Source of the DNA: Gemmatales bacterium
Lineage (GTDB): Bacteria > Planctomycetota > Planctomycetia > Gemmatales > HRBIN36
Reading direction: 5' to 3'
Assembly: GCA_041640595.1 (NCBI GenBank)
Contig: JBEPZY010000010.1
Span: forward strand, 749-64,748
Length of the DNA: 64,000 nucleotides
Shown: piece by piece, positions 52,304 through 62,465 of the stretch
Layout: each line of letters begins with the position of its first letter
Numbering within the stretch: position 1 is the stretch's first letter
Program-made: the position numbers and the translations under genes
The notes under the pieces: generated by a model
Databases searched by the model: none
What the model was told of the DNA's origin: nothing
Seen by the model: only the letters and a program-made list of their open reading frames with translations

Positions 52304-53539
52304 ATGAAGCAACGGGGCATGTCGCGGCGGCGATTTCTGAAGCACGGGGTGAGTACCACGCTCGGCCTGGCAGCTTTTTCTTACCAGCGCGTGCTGGGAG
52401 CCAACGAACGAGTGGTGATGGGCATCATCGGCAGTGGCGGGCGGGGACGAGGCTTGATGCAGCTTTTTCTGAAGGCCAAAACCTGTCCGGTGGAGTTTGC
52501 CGGTGTGTGCGACGTCTATGAAGCCAACCTGGCGCAGGGAATGCAAATCGCCGGTTCACGTGCCAAAGACTACGAGGACTATCGCCAGCTTCTGGCACAG
52601 CGCGACATCCAGGCGGTCATTATCGCTACTCCTGACCACTGGCATCATCGCCAGCTTCTGGACGCATTGGCAGCAGGCAAGGATGTTTATCTCGAAAAGC
52701 CCATGTCGTGGAGTATTGAGCAAGGGTTGGAGATGGTGTCGGCAACGCGGCGATCGAAGCAAATTGTGCAGGTGGGTATGCAACGCCGCAGTGCTCCTTT
52801 AGTGCACGAGGCCTGGCAAATCGTGCGAGAAGGCACGCTCGGTGAGGTCAACATAGCGCGTGCCCAGTGGTTCTGGAATATGCAGCCGTTGGCCAAAGAG
52901 CGTCACCTCAAAGGCCGACTCAACTGGCAGCAATTCTGCGGCCCGGCCGGGCCTCAACCCCTGGATCGCGGCGAGTATAAAAACGTCTCCTTCCTGAACT
53001 GGCGGTATTTCTGGGCTTTCTCCGGCGGCAACATGACCGACCAGGGCACCCATTTGATGGACGTAATTCAATGGTTCCTCAACGACGGACAACCGCCCCG
53101 GGCTGCCGTCTGCTACGGTCAGGTTTACCGTCTGCAACCGAGCGAAACGCCCGACACCTTCTGTGCCGTGTTTGAGTATCCCAAGTTTCTCGCCACCTGG
53201 ACACTCGCCTACACCAACAGCTACCAGGACGGCTGGAAAATTATCCTGCAGGGCAACAAGGCGACTCTGGAACTCGACAACGACGGCTACCGTGTCTATC
53301 CCGACCCCGGTCGCGGTGGGAAACCGCTGGCGGCCTCCCGGCAAAAACAAGGTGCGCTTCCCAGCGAACCGCACGTTGAAAACTTCCTGGAATGCGTCCA
53401 TAGCCGCCGTCCGCCGAACGCTCCCGTCGAAGTCGGGCATAACGCTGTTCTGGCTCCGCACCTGGCCAATCTCGCCTACAAATACGCCAGCCGTGCCGTT
53501 CTCCGTCCGGATGGCAAAGTCGTCTTTGCCCAGGGCTAA
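52304..53539 (+). CDS. Gfo/Idh/MocA oxidoreductase with Tat leader
   Basis: SRRRFLK, GSGGRG, ATPDHWH, DVYLEKP, GGNMTDQGTH. Confidence 0.9.
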   Translation: MKQRGMSRRRFLKHGVSTTLGLAAFSYQRVLGANERVVMGIIGSGGRGRGLMQLFLKAKTCPVEFAGVCDVYEANLAQGMQIAGSRAKDYEDYRQLLAQRDIQAVIIATPDHWHHRQLLDALAAGKDVYLEKPMSWSIEQGLEMVSATRRSKQIVQVGMQRRSAPLVHEAWQIVREGTLGEVNIARAQWFWNMQPLAKERHLKGRLNWQQFCGPAGPQPLDRGEYKNVSFLNWRYFWAFSGGNMTDQGTHLMDVIQWFLNDGQPPRAAVCYGQVYRLQPSETPDTFCAVFEYPKFLATWTLAYTNSYQDGWKIILQGNKATLELDNDGYRVYPDPGRGGKPLAASRQKQGALPSEPHVENFLECVHSRRPPNAPVEVGHNAVLAPHLANLAYKYASRAVLRPDGKVVFAQG

Positions 53540-53595
53540 CCTTTCCCGCAACCGAGCCAACTTCCGTAGCAAGCGCGACTATCTCTTCCGCGGCA

Positions 53596-53805
53596 GGAAT
53601 AACTTGCCTCGCCACGGAACTAACATGTGGTATTTTCGGGTTTTATCCGGCAGTGTGTCGGAGTCGCCGGGGAACCTTGCCTTGGCACGGATCTAACCTG
53701 CGATATTGCGAGCTTTTGTCCGACACAGCACCGGAGCGGTAGGAATACCTCGCCGCGTTACGGAACTGATGCTGCGGTGATTTTGCGCTTTTATTCGTCC
53801 ATGTC
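53596..53805. repeat. Degenerate 73-bp tandem array, 3 units
   Basis: acgga(a/t)ct cores at 53614, 53687 and 53760 with alignable flanks. Confidence 0.7.
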
Positions 53806-54636
53806 CTGGGCAAACATTCCATAACTGGTACCGTCAGGGGAGTAACTTGTCGCACAACGAGCCTCACCTGCCCCGGCATAGGGGAACCCTTCCACCAACA
53901 GCGACTAACCCGCTCCGCCATACGGCAACCCGCCCCGCGATAGGGCAATCCGTCCAGCACCGGGCCGACTTGGTCCCCGAACTACAGCACCGGGCTGTTG
54001 GCTCGCGTGCAGCGATCGGTAGGGCAACCGGGCCAGTTTCTCTCGGAAAACATTCGCCTATCATCTGCAACGGTGGTTCCGGCGCGGGTAAAAGACATGA
54101 GGCTTGCAATTTGTCCAGCAAAATACCGCCCACCATCTGCAAGGCTGGCCCCAGATTATCTTGTCGGCGCCCCTCTGACAACCGCAGACCGCACCACGAC
54201 GCGAAGACGGCCGACCTCTTCACGCCGACCTGATGCCGGCCCTTGAAAGCGCTCGCGTGGGTTACTAACATACTAAACAGTCGGTGCACGAGCACAGTGC
54301 AGCCCTGATTCTTGCTATTACTCACCCCTTTACCTGCCGAAGATTCCCGCCTGCTCCAGAACCGCCTGGCCGTTGACAGCCCTGACCATGATGTCGGCCT
54401 TGCTTCTGCCCCCAGTCGGAAACCGCTTCAGTATCGCTGCCCAAAACCGGCCGACTGGCTCCGTGGAACAATATGCTCTGTAACGGTGCCCAACCGCGGC
54501 TTCCGTATCGCTGCCCCCGAAAACATTCGGGTTACGCTACGGATATTCAGCGCCTCGGAATGTGAGAATGCCCTAAGCACACTGCTGCCAGAAAAGACTC
54601 TGAGCGGCAGGGCAACGTAGCTAAAGGAGTCGAACC

Positions 54637-57201
54637 ATGCACGCCAGCCGGGTTCGCAGGTTGCCACGCGGATGGATAACCATCGGGATGCTGTTGCTGA
54701 TCAGCCCATTTGCTTACGGACAGGCGAGTTATCCGCAACCGCGGTTACAAGCAGTTTTCCCACCGGGCGGGAAGCTCGGCACGACGGTGGAAGTTACCCT
54801 GACCGGAACCGATCTGGACGATGCCAGGTCGCTGGTATTCAGTCATCCTGGTCTGCAAGCGGAACTGATACCGCCTCCACCGCCCGACCCGAAAAAGCCA
54901 GGGCAACCGGCGCCGGTGAAATTCCGCGTTCGCATTGCCGCAGATGTACCACCGGGCATTTACGATGTCCGAATGGTGGGCCGGTTTGGTATCAGCAACC
55001 CGCGGGCTTTTTGTGTCGGCGAATTAGATGAATTGCTGGAACAGGAGCCGAACAATGACGTGGACCAGGCCCAGAAGGTGCCGCTGAACGTTACCGTCAA
55101 CGGCGTGATCAACCCCAACGTGGACGTGGACTATTTCGCTTTTGAAGGCAAAAAAGGGCAGCGCGTCGTCGTCTGGTGCCAGGCAGTGAGCGTGGACAGT
55201 CGGCTCGACCCGCAGGTGCAAATTTTCTCGGCGGAAGGTCGGCAACTGGCCATCAATCGCCGCTACCGCGACCGTGAAGCCGTCGCCGACGCCGTGCTCC
55301 CAGGCGATGGGCTTTATTATGTCCGCCTGGTCGAGTTCACACATCAAGCGGGTGGTGTCGAACACTTCTATCGCCTGCATATCACCACCCTGCCGTGGAT
55401 TGACGCGGTGTTTCCACCGGTGGTGCCCATCGGTAAACCGACCACGGTTACCCTGTACGGTCGCAATTTGCCCGGTGGACAACCGGAAAAGGTCCCGGGC
55501 TGGAGCGGAACCCTCCTCGAAAAACTTTCGGTCACCGTCCAACCACCGACTACCCCTGAAGCGCTCCATCGCCTTGACTATGCAGGCACCTTGCTGGCTG
55601 CGGAAGCTGTGTTGGATGGATTCACCTACCGTCTCAAGGCTCCCGGCGGCCATTCTAATCCGGTACTTCTCCCGGTTACCGATTTACCCGTGGTGATTGA
55701 ACAGGAAGGCAACGATTTATCGGAAAAAGCTCAGGAAATCGCCCTGCCCTGCGAACTGGTCGGACGCATGGATCGGCCCGGCGATCACGATTGGTTCGCC
55801 TTCAACGCCAAGCGGGGCGAAGTGTTCTGGCTGGAAGGTTATGCAGACCGATTAGGTTCGCCCATGGATCTGTACCTGGAGATTTATCTCCTGGATAAGG
55901 ACAACAAGCCGCAACTGGTGCTGGAAGCCGACGACGTGCAGGAAAGTTTACACCCCTTCCGCTTCTTCACGCGCACCAGCGATCCGCGATTGCGTTTTGG
56001 GGTCCCGCAGGACGGTCGGTATTTGCTGCACGTCCGCAGCCGCGAAGCAGACTTGTTTGGTGGGCCGCGTTACATTTATCGCCTCAGCATTCGCCGCGAA
56101 CAGCCGGACTTTCGTTTATTCGCCCTGACCGTGGACGACGCCTTACCCAACGCCACCAATCCCGGAGTGCCGATACTTCGGCAGGGCAGCGCTCGAGGAA
56201 TTCTGGTACTATGTGAACGGCAAAACGGTTTTGCCGGGGAAGTTACGCTCACCGCGGAAAACCTGCCCGCAGGTGTCCAGTGCCCGGCACAGATCATCGG
56301 TCCGAACCAGCGCTTTACTTATCTGGTGTTGCAGGCGGCCCCGGATGCCCCAATAGGCGAATCGGCGATCCGTATCCTCGGCACGGCCAGCATCGACGGG
56401 CAAACTGTGACCCGTGAAGCCCGACCGGCCGCAACTGTCTATACAGTCCAGGCTGGCGTCCCACCTTATGCCCGACTGGCCCGGCAATTTTTTATCGCGG
56501 TACGGGAAAAACCACCTTTCGCCCTGCAACCGGCCACGCAGCTCATCGAAGTTCCTCCTGGTGGCTCCATAGCCCTGAAAATTAAAGCCGCCCAGTTGCA
56601 GCCCGACTTCAAGTCGGCCATCCAGCTGTCACCGCTTTCGTTCCTCCTGCTGCCCAATCAGCAGCCTAACCCGCAACCGCAAAACCTCGCTAACGTCAAT
56701 CCCAATGCGGAAGTCGAGGTGAAACTGCAGGTCCCGCCGCAAGCCACTCCCGGCACGTACAACCTGGTGCTCCGCGGTTCCGCTCAGGTCCCGTTTACGC
56801 GCGACCCGAAAGGAGCAAATCGGCAAAACGTCCTCCTCGCTCAGGAGACACCGCCGGTCAAAGTCGTTGTATATAACACCGTAGCCGAACTGGCGGCCGA
56901 GCCGGCTTCCCTCTCCGCCAAACCCAATGACAAAGTCGCCCTGACCGTCCGCGTCAAACGGTTGCACAACTACACCGGCCCGTTCAACGTTCAGCTGGCT
57001 CTCCCGCCGGGTGCTCAGGGAATCGCGGCCCAGCCGGTTCAAATTCCCGCCAACGCCAGCGAAGCGAAACTTACCCTGCAAATCGCAGGCAATCTGAAGC
57101 CGGGCATGACCGTACCGGTTATCATCCGGGCCACTGCCAACCTGCCCAACAATGTCAACCTGAACCACGAAATCAAACTGGAAGTCAAAATCGCCCAGTA
57201 A
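54637..57201 (+). CDS. Secreted PPC (pre-peptidase C-terminal) domain protein
   Basis: VFPPGGKLGTTVEV, EQEPNND, DVDYFAF and DHDWFAF repeats; signal peptide. Confidence 0.85.
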   Translation: MHASRVRRLPRGWITIGMLLLISPFAYGQASYPQPRLQAVFPPGGKLGTTVEVTLTGTDLDDARSLVFSHPGLQAELIPPPPPDPKKPGQPAPVKFRVRIAADVPPGIYDVRMVGRFGISNPRAFCVGELDELLEQEPNNDVDQAQKVPLNVTVNGVINPNVDVDYFAFEGKKGQRVVVWCQAVSVDSRLDPQVQIFSAEGRQLAINRRYRDREAVADAVLPGDGLYYVRLVEFTHQAGGVEHFYRLHITTLPWIDAVFPPVVPIGKPTTVTLYGRNLPGGQPEKVPGWSGTLLEKLSVTVQPPTTPEALHRLDYAGTLLAAEAVLDGFTYRLKAPGGHSNPVLLPVTDLPVVIEQEGNDLSEKAQEIALPCELVGRMDRPGDHDWFAFNAKRGEVFWLEGYADRLGSPMDLYLEIYLLDKDNKPQLVLEADDVQESLHPFRFFTRTSDPRLRFGVPQDGRYLLHVRSREADLFGGPRYIYRLSIRREQPDFRLFALTVDDALPNATNPGVPILRQGSARGILVLCERQNGFAGEVTLTAENLPAGVQCPAQIIGPNQRFTYLVLQAAPDAPIGESAIRILGTASIDGQTVTREARPAATVYTVQAGVPPYARLARQFFIAVREKPPFALQPATQLIEVPPGGSIALKIKAAQLQPDFKSAIQLSPLSFLLLPNQQPNPQPQNLANVNPNAEVEVKLQVPPQATPGTYNLVLRGSAQVPFTRDPKGANRQNVLLAQETPPVKVVVYNTVAELAAEPASLSAKPNDKVALTVRVKRLHNYTGPFNVQLALPPGAQGIAAQPVQIPANASEAKLTLQIAGNLKPGMTVPVIIRATANLPNNVNLNHEIKLEVKIAQ

Positions 57202-57315
57202 CTCCAGCAAAATCCTCCAGTAACTCCAGGAGCCACGCCTGGACTCCATGACCCGCCGATGGCAAATAATCCCCACTGCCCACCATCGCTCAGGACTACC
57301 AAGGAGACCCCTGCC

Positions 57316-58767
57316 ATGACACCGCGACGTATTGCCACAATTTACCCCGGTTTCGCCATGACCTGGGTGGTACTTCTGGGATTCTCGGCTGGGACGTTGC
57401 TTGCCCAGGAAGTTCCCGTCGAGCCGATCAAGGTCATCACCCTGAACCGCAAGGAGTCGGTCAGCTTCGAGAAAGAAATTTACCCCATTCTGGAGGACAA
57501 GTGTATCAGTTGCCATGCCGGGCCGGTGAAATCCGGTGGTCTGGACTTGAGCACCTACGAAGGGTTGATGAAAGGCGGCAAACGCGGCGCGGCCGTGCAC
57601 CCTGGCCGACCCAATGACAGCTTGCTCGTGCAATTGGCCGGACGCACAAAACAACCTGTCATGCCGCCGGTCAAAAAAGGAAGCAAGGATGACCCTCTCA
57701 CCCCCGAACAACTCGCTCTGATCAAGCTCTGGATCGAACAAGGAGCCCGCGGCCCCAGCGTGGCCATCGAGCGGAAACGCGAGTTCAAACTCGGACGCAT
57801 TCCCCAGGCCATTCGTCCCATCGGCGCCCTGGCTATCAGTCCCGATAAGTCCACGCTGGTAGCCAGCCGCGGCAGTGAAATTCATGTTTACGAGGCTGCT
57901 TCGGGAAAATTCCTCCGTGCACTGATCAACCCTGAACTCAAGGACGACAAAGGCCAGCCGATGAACATCGCCCATCTCGACCTCGTCCAGGCCCTGGCTT
58001 ACAGTCCCGATGGCCAAATAGTCGCCAGTGCCGGGTTTCAGGAAGTCATCCTCTGGGACGTGCAAACCGGACAGATACGTCAGCGCTTCACGGGTTTCCG
58101 TGACCGCGTTACCGCCCTGGACTTTTCCCGCGACGGTAAGTATCTGGCTACTGGCGGCGGGGCTCCTACTGAAGACGGGGAACTGCGCCTCATCGAGCTT
58201 CCTTCCGGCAAAATCGTGTTCGATAAACGCGACGCGCACAGCGACACCATTTTCGGCGTTCGCTTCAGCCCCGACGGCAAACTCCTGGCCAGTTGTGGTG
58301 CCGACAAGTTCGTCAAGGTCTGGGAAGTGCCTTCCGGAAAATTCGTCAAGTCCTTCGAGGGACACACCCATCACGTCATGGATGTCGGCTGGAAAGGCGA
58401 CGGCAAACTCCTGGCCAGTTGTAGTGCCGACAACACCGTCAAGGTCTGGGACTACGAAAAGGGCGAACAGGTGCGTACCATTCAAGCTCACGGCAAACAG
58501 GCCACTCGCATGGCGTTCCTCGCCAACGGAACGCAATTCATTACCATCAGCGGTGAAGGTTCGGCGAAAATGTGGAACATCGACAACGGCGGACAAATTC
58601 GCACTTTCCCCGCCGGAAACGATTTCCTCTACGCAGTGGCCGTCAGTCCTGATGGCGCCATCGTTGCCGTCGGTGGACAGGACAGTGTCATCCGCATCTT
58701 CAACGGCCAGAACGGTCAGCTTATCCGAGAACTCCGTCCCCCCGATTCTCTCGCCGCCAAACCGTGA
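57316..58767 (+). CDS. Planctomycete cytochrome c + WD40 repeat protein
   Basis: KCISCH heme motif, MPP, IKLWIEQGA; several FSPDGK..LAS..D..VKVW WD40 blades. Confidence 0.9.
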   Translation: MTPRRIATIYPGFAMTWVVLLGFSAGTLLAQEVPVEPIKVITLNRKESVSFEKEIYPILEDKCISCHAGPVKSGGLDLSTYEGLMKGGKRGAAVHPGRPNDSLLVQLAGRTKQPVMPPVKKGSKDDPLTPEQLALIKLWIEQGARGPSVAIERKREFKLGRIPQAIRPIGALAISPDKSTLVASRGSEIHVYEAASGKFLRALINPELKDDKGQPMNIAHLDLVQALAYSPDGQIVASAGFQEVILWDVQTGQIRQRFTGFRDRVTALDFSRDGKYLATGGGAPTEDGELRLIELPSGKIVFDKRDAHSDTIFGVRFSPDGKLLASCGADKFVKVWEVPSGKFVKSFEGHTHHVMDVGWKGDGKLLASCSADNTVKVWDYEKGEQVRTIQAHGKQATRMAFLANGTQFITISGEGSAKMWNIDNGGQIRTFPAGNDFLYAVAVSPDGAIVAVGGQDSVIRIFNGQNGQLIRELRPPDSLAAKP

Positions 58768-58816
58768 AGCACTTAGCTCGGGCCGAGAACAGGAAATCAG
58801 CTTCCGCGGTGCGGCC

Positions 58817-58994
58817 CCGATTCCCTCAACACAAACCGCAAGGCGCTTACTAAATACATCAAACAGGTTATATCTGCTTTGATCTCCCCTTTATGACTAT
58901 TGCGCCCATAGGCTGTGTAACTTACTAAATACATCAACCAGGCTATATCTGCTTTGATATCGCCGATTCCCTCAAGACAAACCGCAAGGCACTT
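58817..58994. repeat. Repeat-spacer-repeat unit (38+37+38 bp) bracketed by 32-bp direct repeats
   Basis: cttactaaatacatcaa(a/c)cagg(t/c)tatatctgctttgat at 58846 and 58921; flanks 58817-58848 and 58963-58994. Confidence 0.8.
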
Positions 58995-59204
58995 CTCACT
59001 GGCTGAAAATCATCACGAAATTCCGGCGAGCTAATAAGAACGCCTTTTAGATACGCAGACCTGTTTTCCGCGACCTCTAACACGCATTAGCCTCGCTGCA
59101 CAACCTCAATATTCAGCTTTTGGCCCGGCGAGGATGTTTCCAGCGCTCTTATCTAATATCGTTTCGCCACTGCTGACCCAAGGCGAATACCGGCCAGGTT
59201 CAGC

Positions 59205-59303
59205 CAATTCCAGCGTCTAACAATCCGGCACCGTGGCAGGAAGTGAATTAATGTCTTTTGCTGGGAATAAGCAATTCCAGCGTCTAACAATCCGGCACCG
59301 TGG
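59205..59303. repeat. Exact 32-bp direct repeat pair, 67-bp period
   Basis: caattccagcgtctaacaatccggcaccgtgg at 59205 and 59272. Confidence 0.85.
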
Positions 59304-59727
59304 GAGGAGAGCGAGTTCTGGGAAGACGGAGCATTTCTTGGCATCACCCGCAGCAGCTATCAGCAATGGTTAGAGAAAGGCGCCCGTCCTTTGCTTAGTT
59401 GTCTCCGCCGCAAATACCCCAACCTCCGCCGCGTCAAGTACCCGACTTAGCATTGAGCAATGGATGGCCGGTAAACCTGGATTCGAGCTGGAGAAAATGC
59501 ATAATACTCGAAACATCATTGTGGTACCATTAATATTAGTCGCCAGGAAACTTACATTTTCTAAGTCCCTCTAACAGTGTGAACCACTCCACCAGCGCCT
59601 CCAATTCTCAGCCTTGAGGCGGTGTATAATTTACCGACAAACTCAACGAACGTTCTAATAAAAATTATTGGGCTAAGCATTACCAAGAGTCGGTGTTAGT
59701 GTAAGCCTGGATTAGCGTCAGCGGGCG

Positions 59728-60456
59728 TGTTTTGCGGCGGGGACGAAGTTGCTGACGCCGCACGGGCCGAAAGCGATTGAAACGTTCCAGGTCGGCGACG
59801 AAATCCTCACGCGACTGGAATGGGAGCCGGATGCACCGGTGCTGGTTAGCCAGGTTGAGGCACGGTTCGAGAACGTGGCTCGTATCTGGCACCTGCACCT
59901 GGCCAGCGGGCAGGTCATCCGCACGACGGCAGAGCATCCGTTTTAAGTAGATGGGCGTGGGTGGGTGGCGGCAGGCGAGTTGCGACCCGGCGACTTGCTG
60001 GTCAGCCACGATGGTCGGCGGGTGGCGGTCGTCGAGCTGTACGACACCGGCCAATACGAATGCGTGTACAACCTTGCCATCCGCTCCTTCCACACCTACT
60101 TTGTCTGCGACGAATCCTGGCCCTTCTCCGTCTGGGCACATAATGCGTGCGATATAACTAAGGATATCAGCAAAATAGGCCGGCGTGGGAAACAAGGATA
60201 TGTCCGCGTTGTCAAGTCTGAAGAGGAGCTGCTGGACATCTTCAATAAATATGCCCAAGGAGGTGTAGAGGTGTCGTTGACTGCGGCGCATAGAGCCCAG
60301 GAAATAGAACGAATGGTAGACCTCACCGACACAGCCCTCGGTACAGTGCGCCTAATCTACCGCAAGGTCTCAAAGTCAGGTGGCCCGGCAATAGACATCA
60401 TGATTAAGAATCTGAAGGGCGGTTTCGACTTTTGGAGAAGAATTCACATAGGATAA
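59728..60456 (+). pseudogene. Orphan polymorphic toxin module 1: Hint domain + about 103-aa toxin tip, nonsense-interrupted
   Basis: CFAAGTKLLT (Cys1 at 59728)...TTAEHPF*(TAA 59944)VDGRGW...VYNL...HTYFV...VWAHN|A; in-frame stop 5 codons upstream of Cys1, so no delivery domain. Confidence 0.85.
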
Positions 60457-60466
60457 GAGGTGTGAC

Positions 60467-60967
60467 ATGACATTAGATGAAATGTGGACACGTGCGTTAG
60501 CCGACCTGTTAGCTTGGGCATCTGACGATGATGTATCTCTTGTGCATGTATGGAGCGCAATTTCAACCAAGATGCCCGAAGAATATTGGTTAGACGATGA
60601 GACCCACATGACTAACACTCTCAAACTGCTTGAGCACTGTCTGAAAGAGGGTTATTTAGTGGCCGGAGAGACGTTTCGGATTGGTCCAGAACCGCCTCCG
60701 GGTCTATCGCCCGAAGAACGGCTACGCTGGTACCACGCGTATGTTCGCGAACACGGCCCTACGCTCGACTGGCGGCCGTGGGACATGGGATATAGCGAGG
60801 CACTCAAGAAGATTGCCCGAGAGTGGAAAGCTATCGAGAAACCCTTCTCCGATCCCACGGCTATGTATTGCATAGTCACGTTGGTGCCGACGCTGAAGGC
60901 GATGCGCGAATATGAGCGATTGCGTAAGCAATTGAAACTCGACGAAGAGAAGGAAGACGAGGACTAA
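60467..60967 (+). CDS. Putative immunity protein for toxin 1
   Basis: Intact 166-aa ORF with GAGG RBS immediately after the toxin tip. Confidence 0.75.
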   Translation: MTLDEMWTRALADLLAWASDDDVSLVHVWSAISTKMPEEYWLDDETHMTNTLKLLEHCLKEGYLVAGETFRIGPEPPPGLSPEERLRWYHAYVREHGPTLDWRPWDMGYSEALKKIAREWKAIEKPFSDPTAMYCIVTLVPTLKAMREYERLRKQLKLDEEKEDED

Positions 60968-61230
60968 GAATTACACCTACTCAGAGTGATGGCAGGAAGC
61001 AACGCTTAGATATATTTTGGCACCATGCGTTCGATGAAGCGTTCTCTGATTTCGCCAGACGACATGGATGGAAGAACATTTACAAGTTACTGGATGGTGG
61101 CGAAACCACCCCGACTAAATTATTCGACGCGATGGAGGAAATCACCAGGCAAGTTTTACATGGGCACAGGGCATTACAACCAACGCTCAACGAACTGCAA
61201 CGCATCCGCACTGTGTTAGGAATACCCTAG
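60968..61230 (+). pseudogene. Startless toxin-tip-like fragment
   Basis: Open frame RITPTQSDGRKQRLDIFWHHAFDEAF...RIRTVLGIP* with no plausible 5' start, ending just before the next gene's RBS; absent from the ORF track. Confidence 0.5.
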
Positions 61231-61272
61231 TATCGCATGGGAATAATACACAGGAACGGAAAGGAGAAGAAT

Positions 61273-62217
61273 ATGGCCCTCATCGCCTTTGGCCGACTTC
61301 GCCAAGAGGCTTCGCCAGAGCTGGTGGCAGCCTTGCAAGGGCTGGCGACGATCAAGCTGGGTGACAAGATTTACTGGCACCTGGATGATGGTGGAGAGGC
61401 GTTGTTTCGTTCCTACGAACTGATCCGGTCCGCCGGCAACGACCTGGTGAGACCCTTGATCGGGATTTGTCTTGATGACCCCAAGGTATTCCCGAAAGAC
61501 GGCAAACAGGTGGTCGGGCTGGTAGTGGAATCCCTGGATATGCTTTCTCTGCGGAATCCGCCGGAGGATTACCGACGACCACCCGTGGGGCCTTGCGACA
61601 GTGGTTTGAAGGAGGAGGCGGAGATTGACTTAGACGAGCGGCCCAAGGGACTGTTTGTGACTGCAGGTAGTAACGAGTACATTGCTCACGACGATTGGCT
61701 AGCCGAATTTGCCAGTGCCTCGCTCACTGGGGTCAAGCCGGTGCGGTATCGGGGCAAGGTGTTACCCAATTGGAATCGCTTACGCGTTTTGAAGCGGCAG
61801 GAGATTATAGACGAGATCTGCCTGGCATGGATTTGCTGTGCTTTGTGTGGGCAGCCGCTGGTGACCGACTTCCACGAGGTGTGGTTTGCGAAGCGGCAGG
61901 AGCCGGTGCAGGAGACGGTGGTCAACACGCGGGGACGGGGCCACTATGGAGAGAGTCCGATCATCGTGGTGAGCCAGGAAGCGGTGGCGCGGTTTCGCAA
62001 GAAATATAAGCTGCAACGGGCGGGGCTGCGAGTGGACCGTGTTTACTCTCAGGCGACGAAGCGATATGAGATATTGAGTCGGGTGCCGAAGTTGTTGGAG
62101 CATATTGCAGCGGAGAAGCTGGCCGAGGTGCAGGCTGGGGGCAAGCAGCCGACGCTGACGAAGGAACAGTTGGCGGGTTTGCGGGCGCTGTGGAAGGGAT
62201 TTACTGGCTCGAAGTGA
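61273..62217 (+). CDS. Putative immunity protein with CxxCG motif
   Basis: AAGGAG RBS, intact 314 aa, CALCGQP and IIVVSQE; follows the toxin-like fragment. Confidence 0.7.
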   Translation: MALIAFGRLRQEASPELVAALQGLATIKLGDKIYWHLDDGGEALFRSYELIRSAGNDLVRPLIGICLDDPKVFPKDGKQVVGLVVESLDMLSLRNPPEDYRRPPVGPCDSGLKEEAEIDLDERPKGLFVTAGSNEYIAHDDWLAEFASASLTGVKPVRYRGKVLPNWNRLRVLKRQEIIDEICLAWICCALCGQPLVTDFHEVWFAKRQEPVQETVVNTRGRGHYGESPIIVVSQEAVARFRKKYKLQRAGLRVDRVYSQATKRYEILSRVPKLLEHIAAEKLAEVQAGGKQPTLTKEQLAGLRALWKGFTGSK

Positions 62218-62465
62218 GGCTTGGGAGACCGCATCGACCTAGTGTTGACACGATGCTATAAGATGAGCCGAGCGAACTAACTCTTGGCATCAGTCTTGCC
62301 GAGGGACATCGCGTTGACACTATACTGTTACTTAGCTGAGCGAAAAACTTAGTTTTTCCATAAGTCCCTTGAGTTGACATCCCGATGACAGTATGTTGCG
62401 GCAGGAGAAAGAAGTGAGACGGTGTGGCGAGTGGATAATGCGAGCAGAGCTGCCTGTGCGCTAAA

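Noticed and set aside
59728-60144. Self-splicing intein in a housekeeping gene
   Set aside because: No host N-extein, the +1 residue is Ala, there is no endonuclease, and it is followed by a variable tip and an immunity-like gene, i.e. a pretoxin Hint
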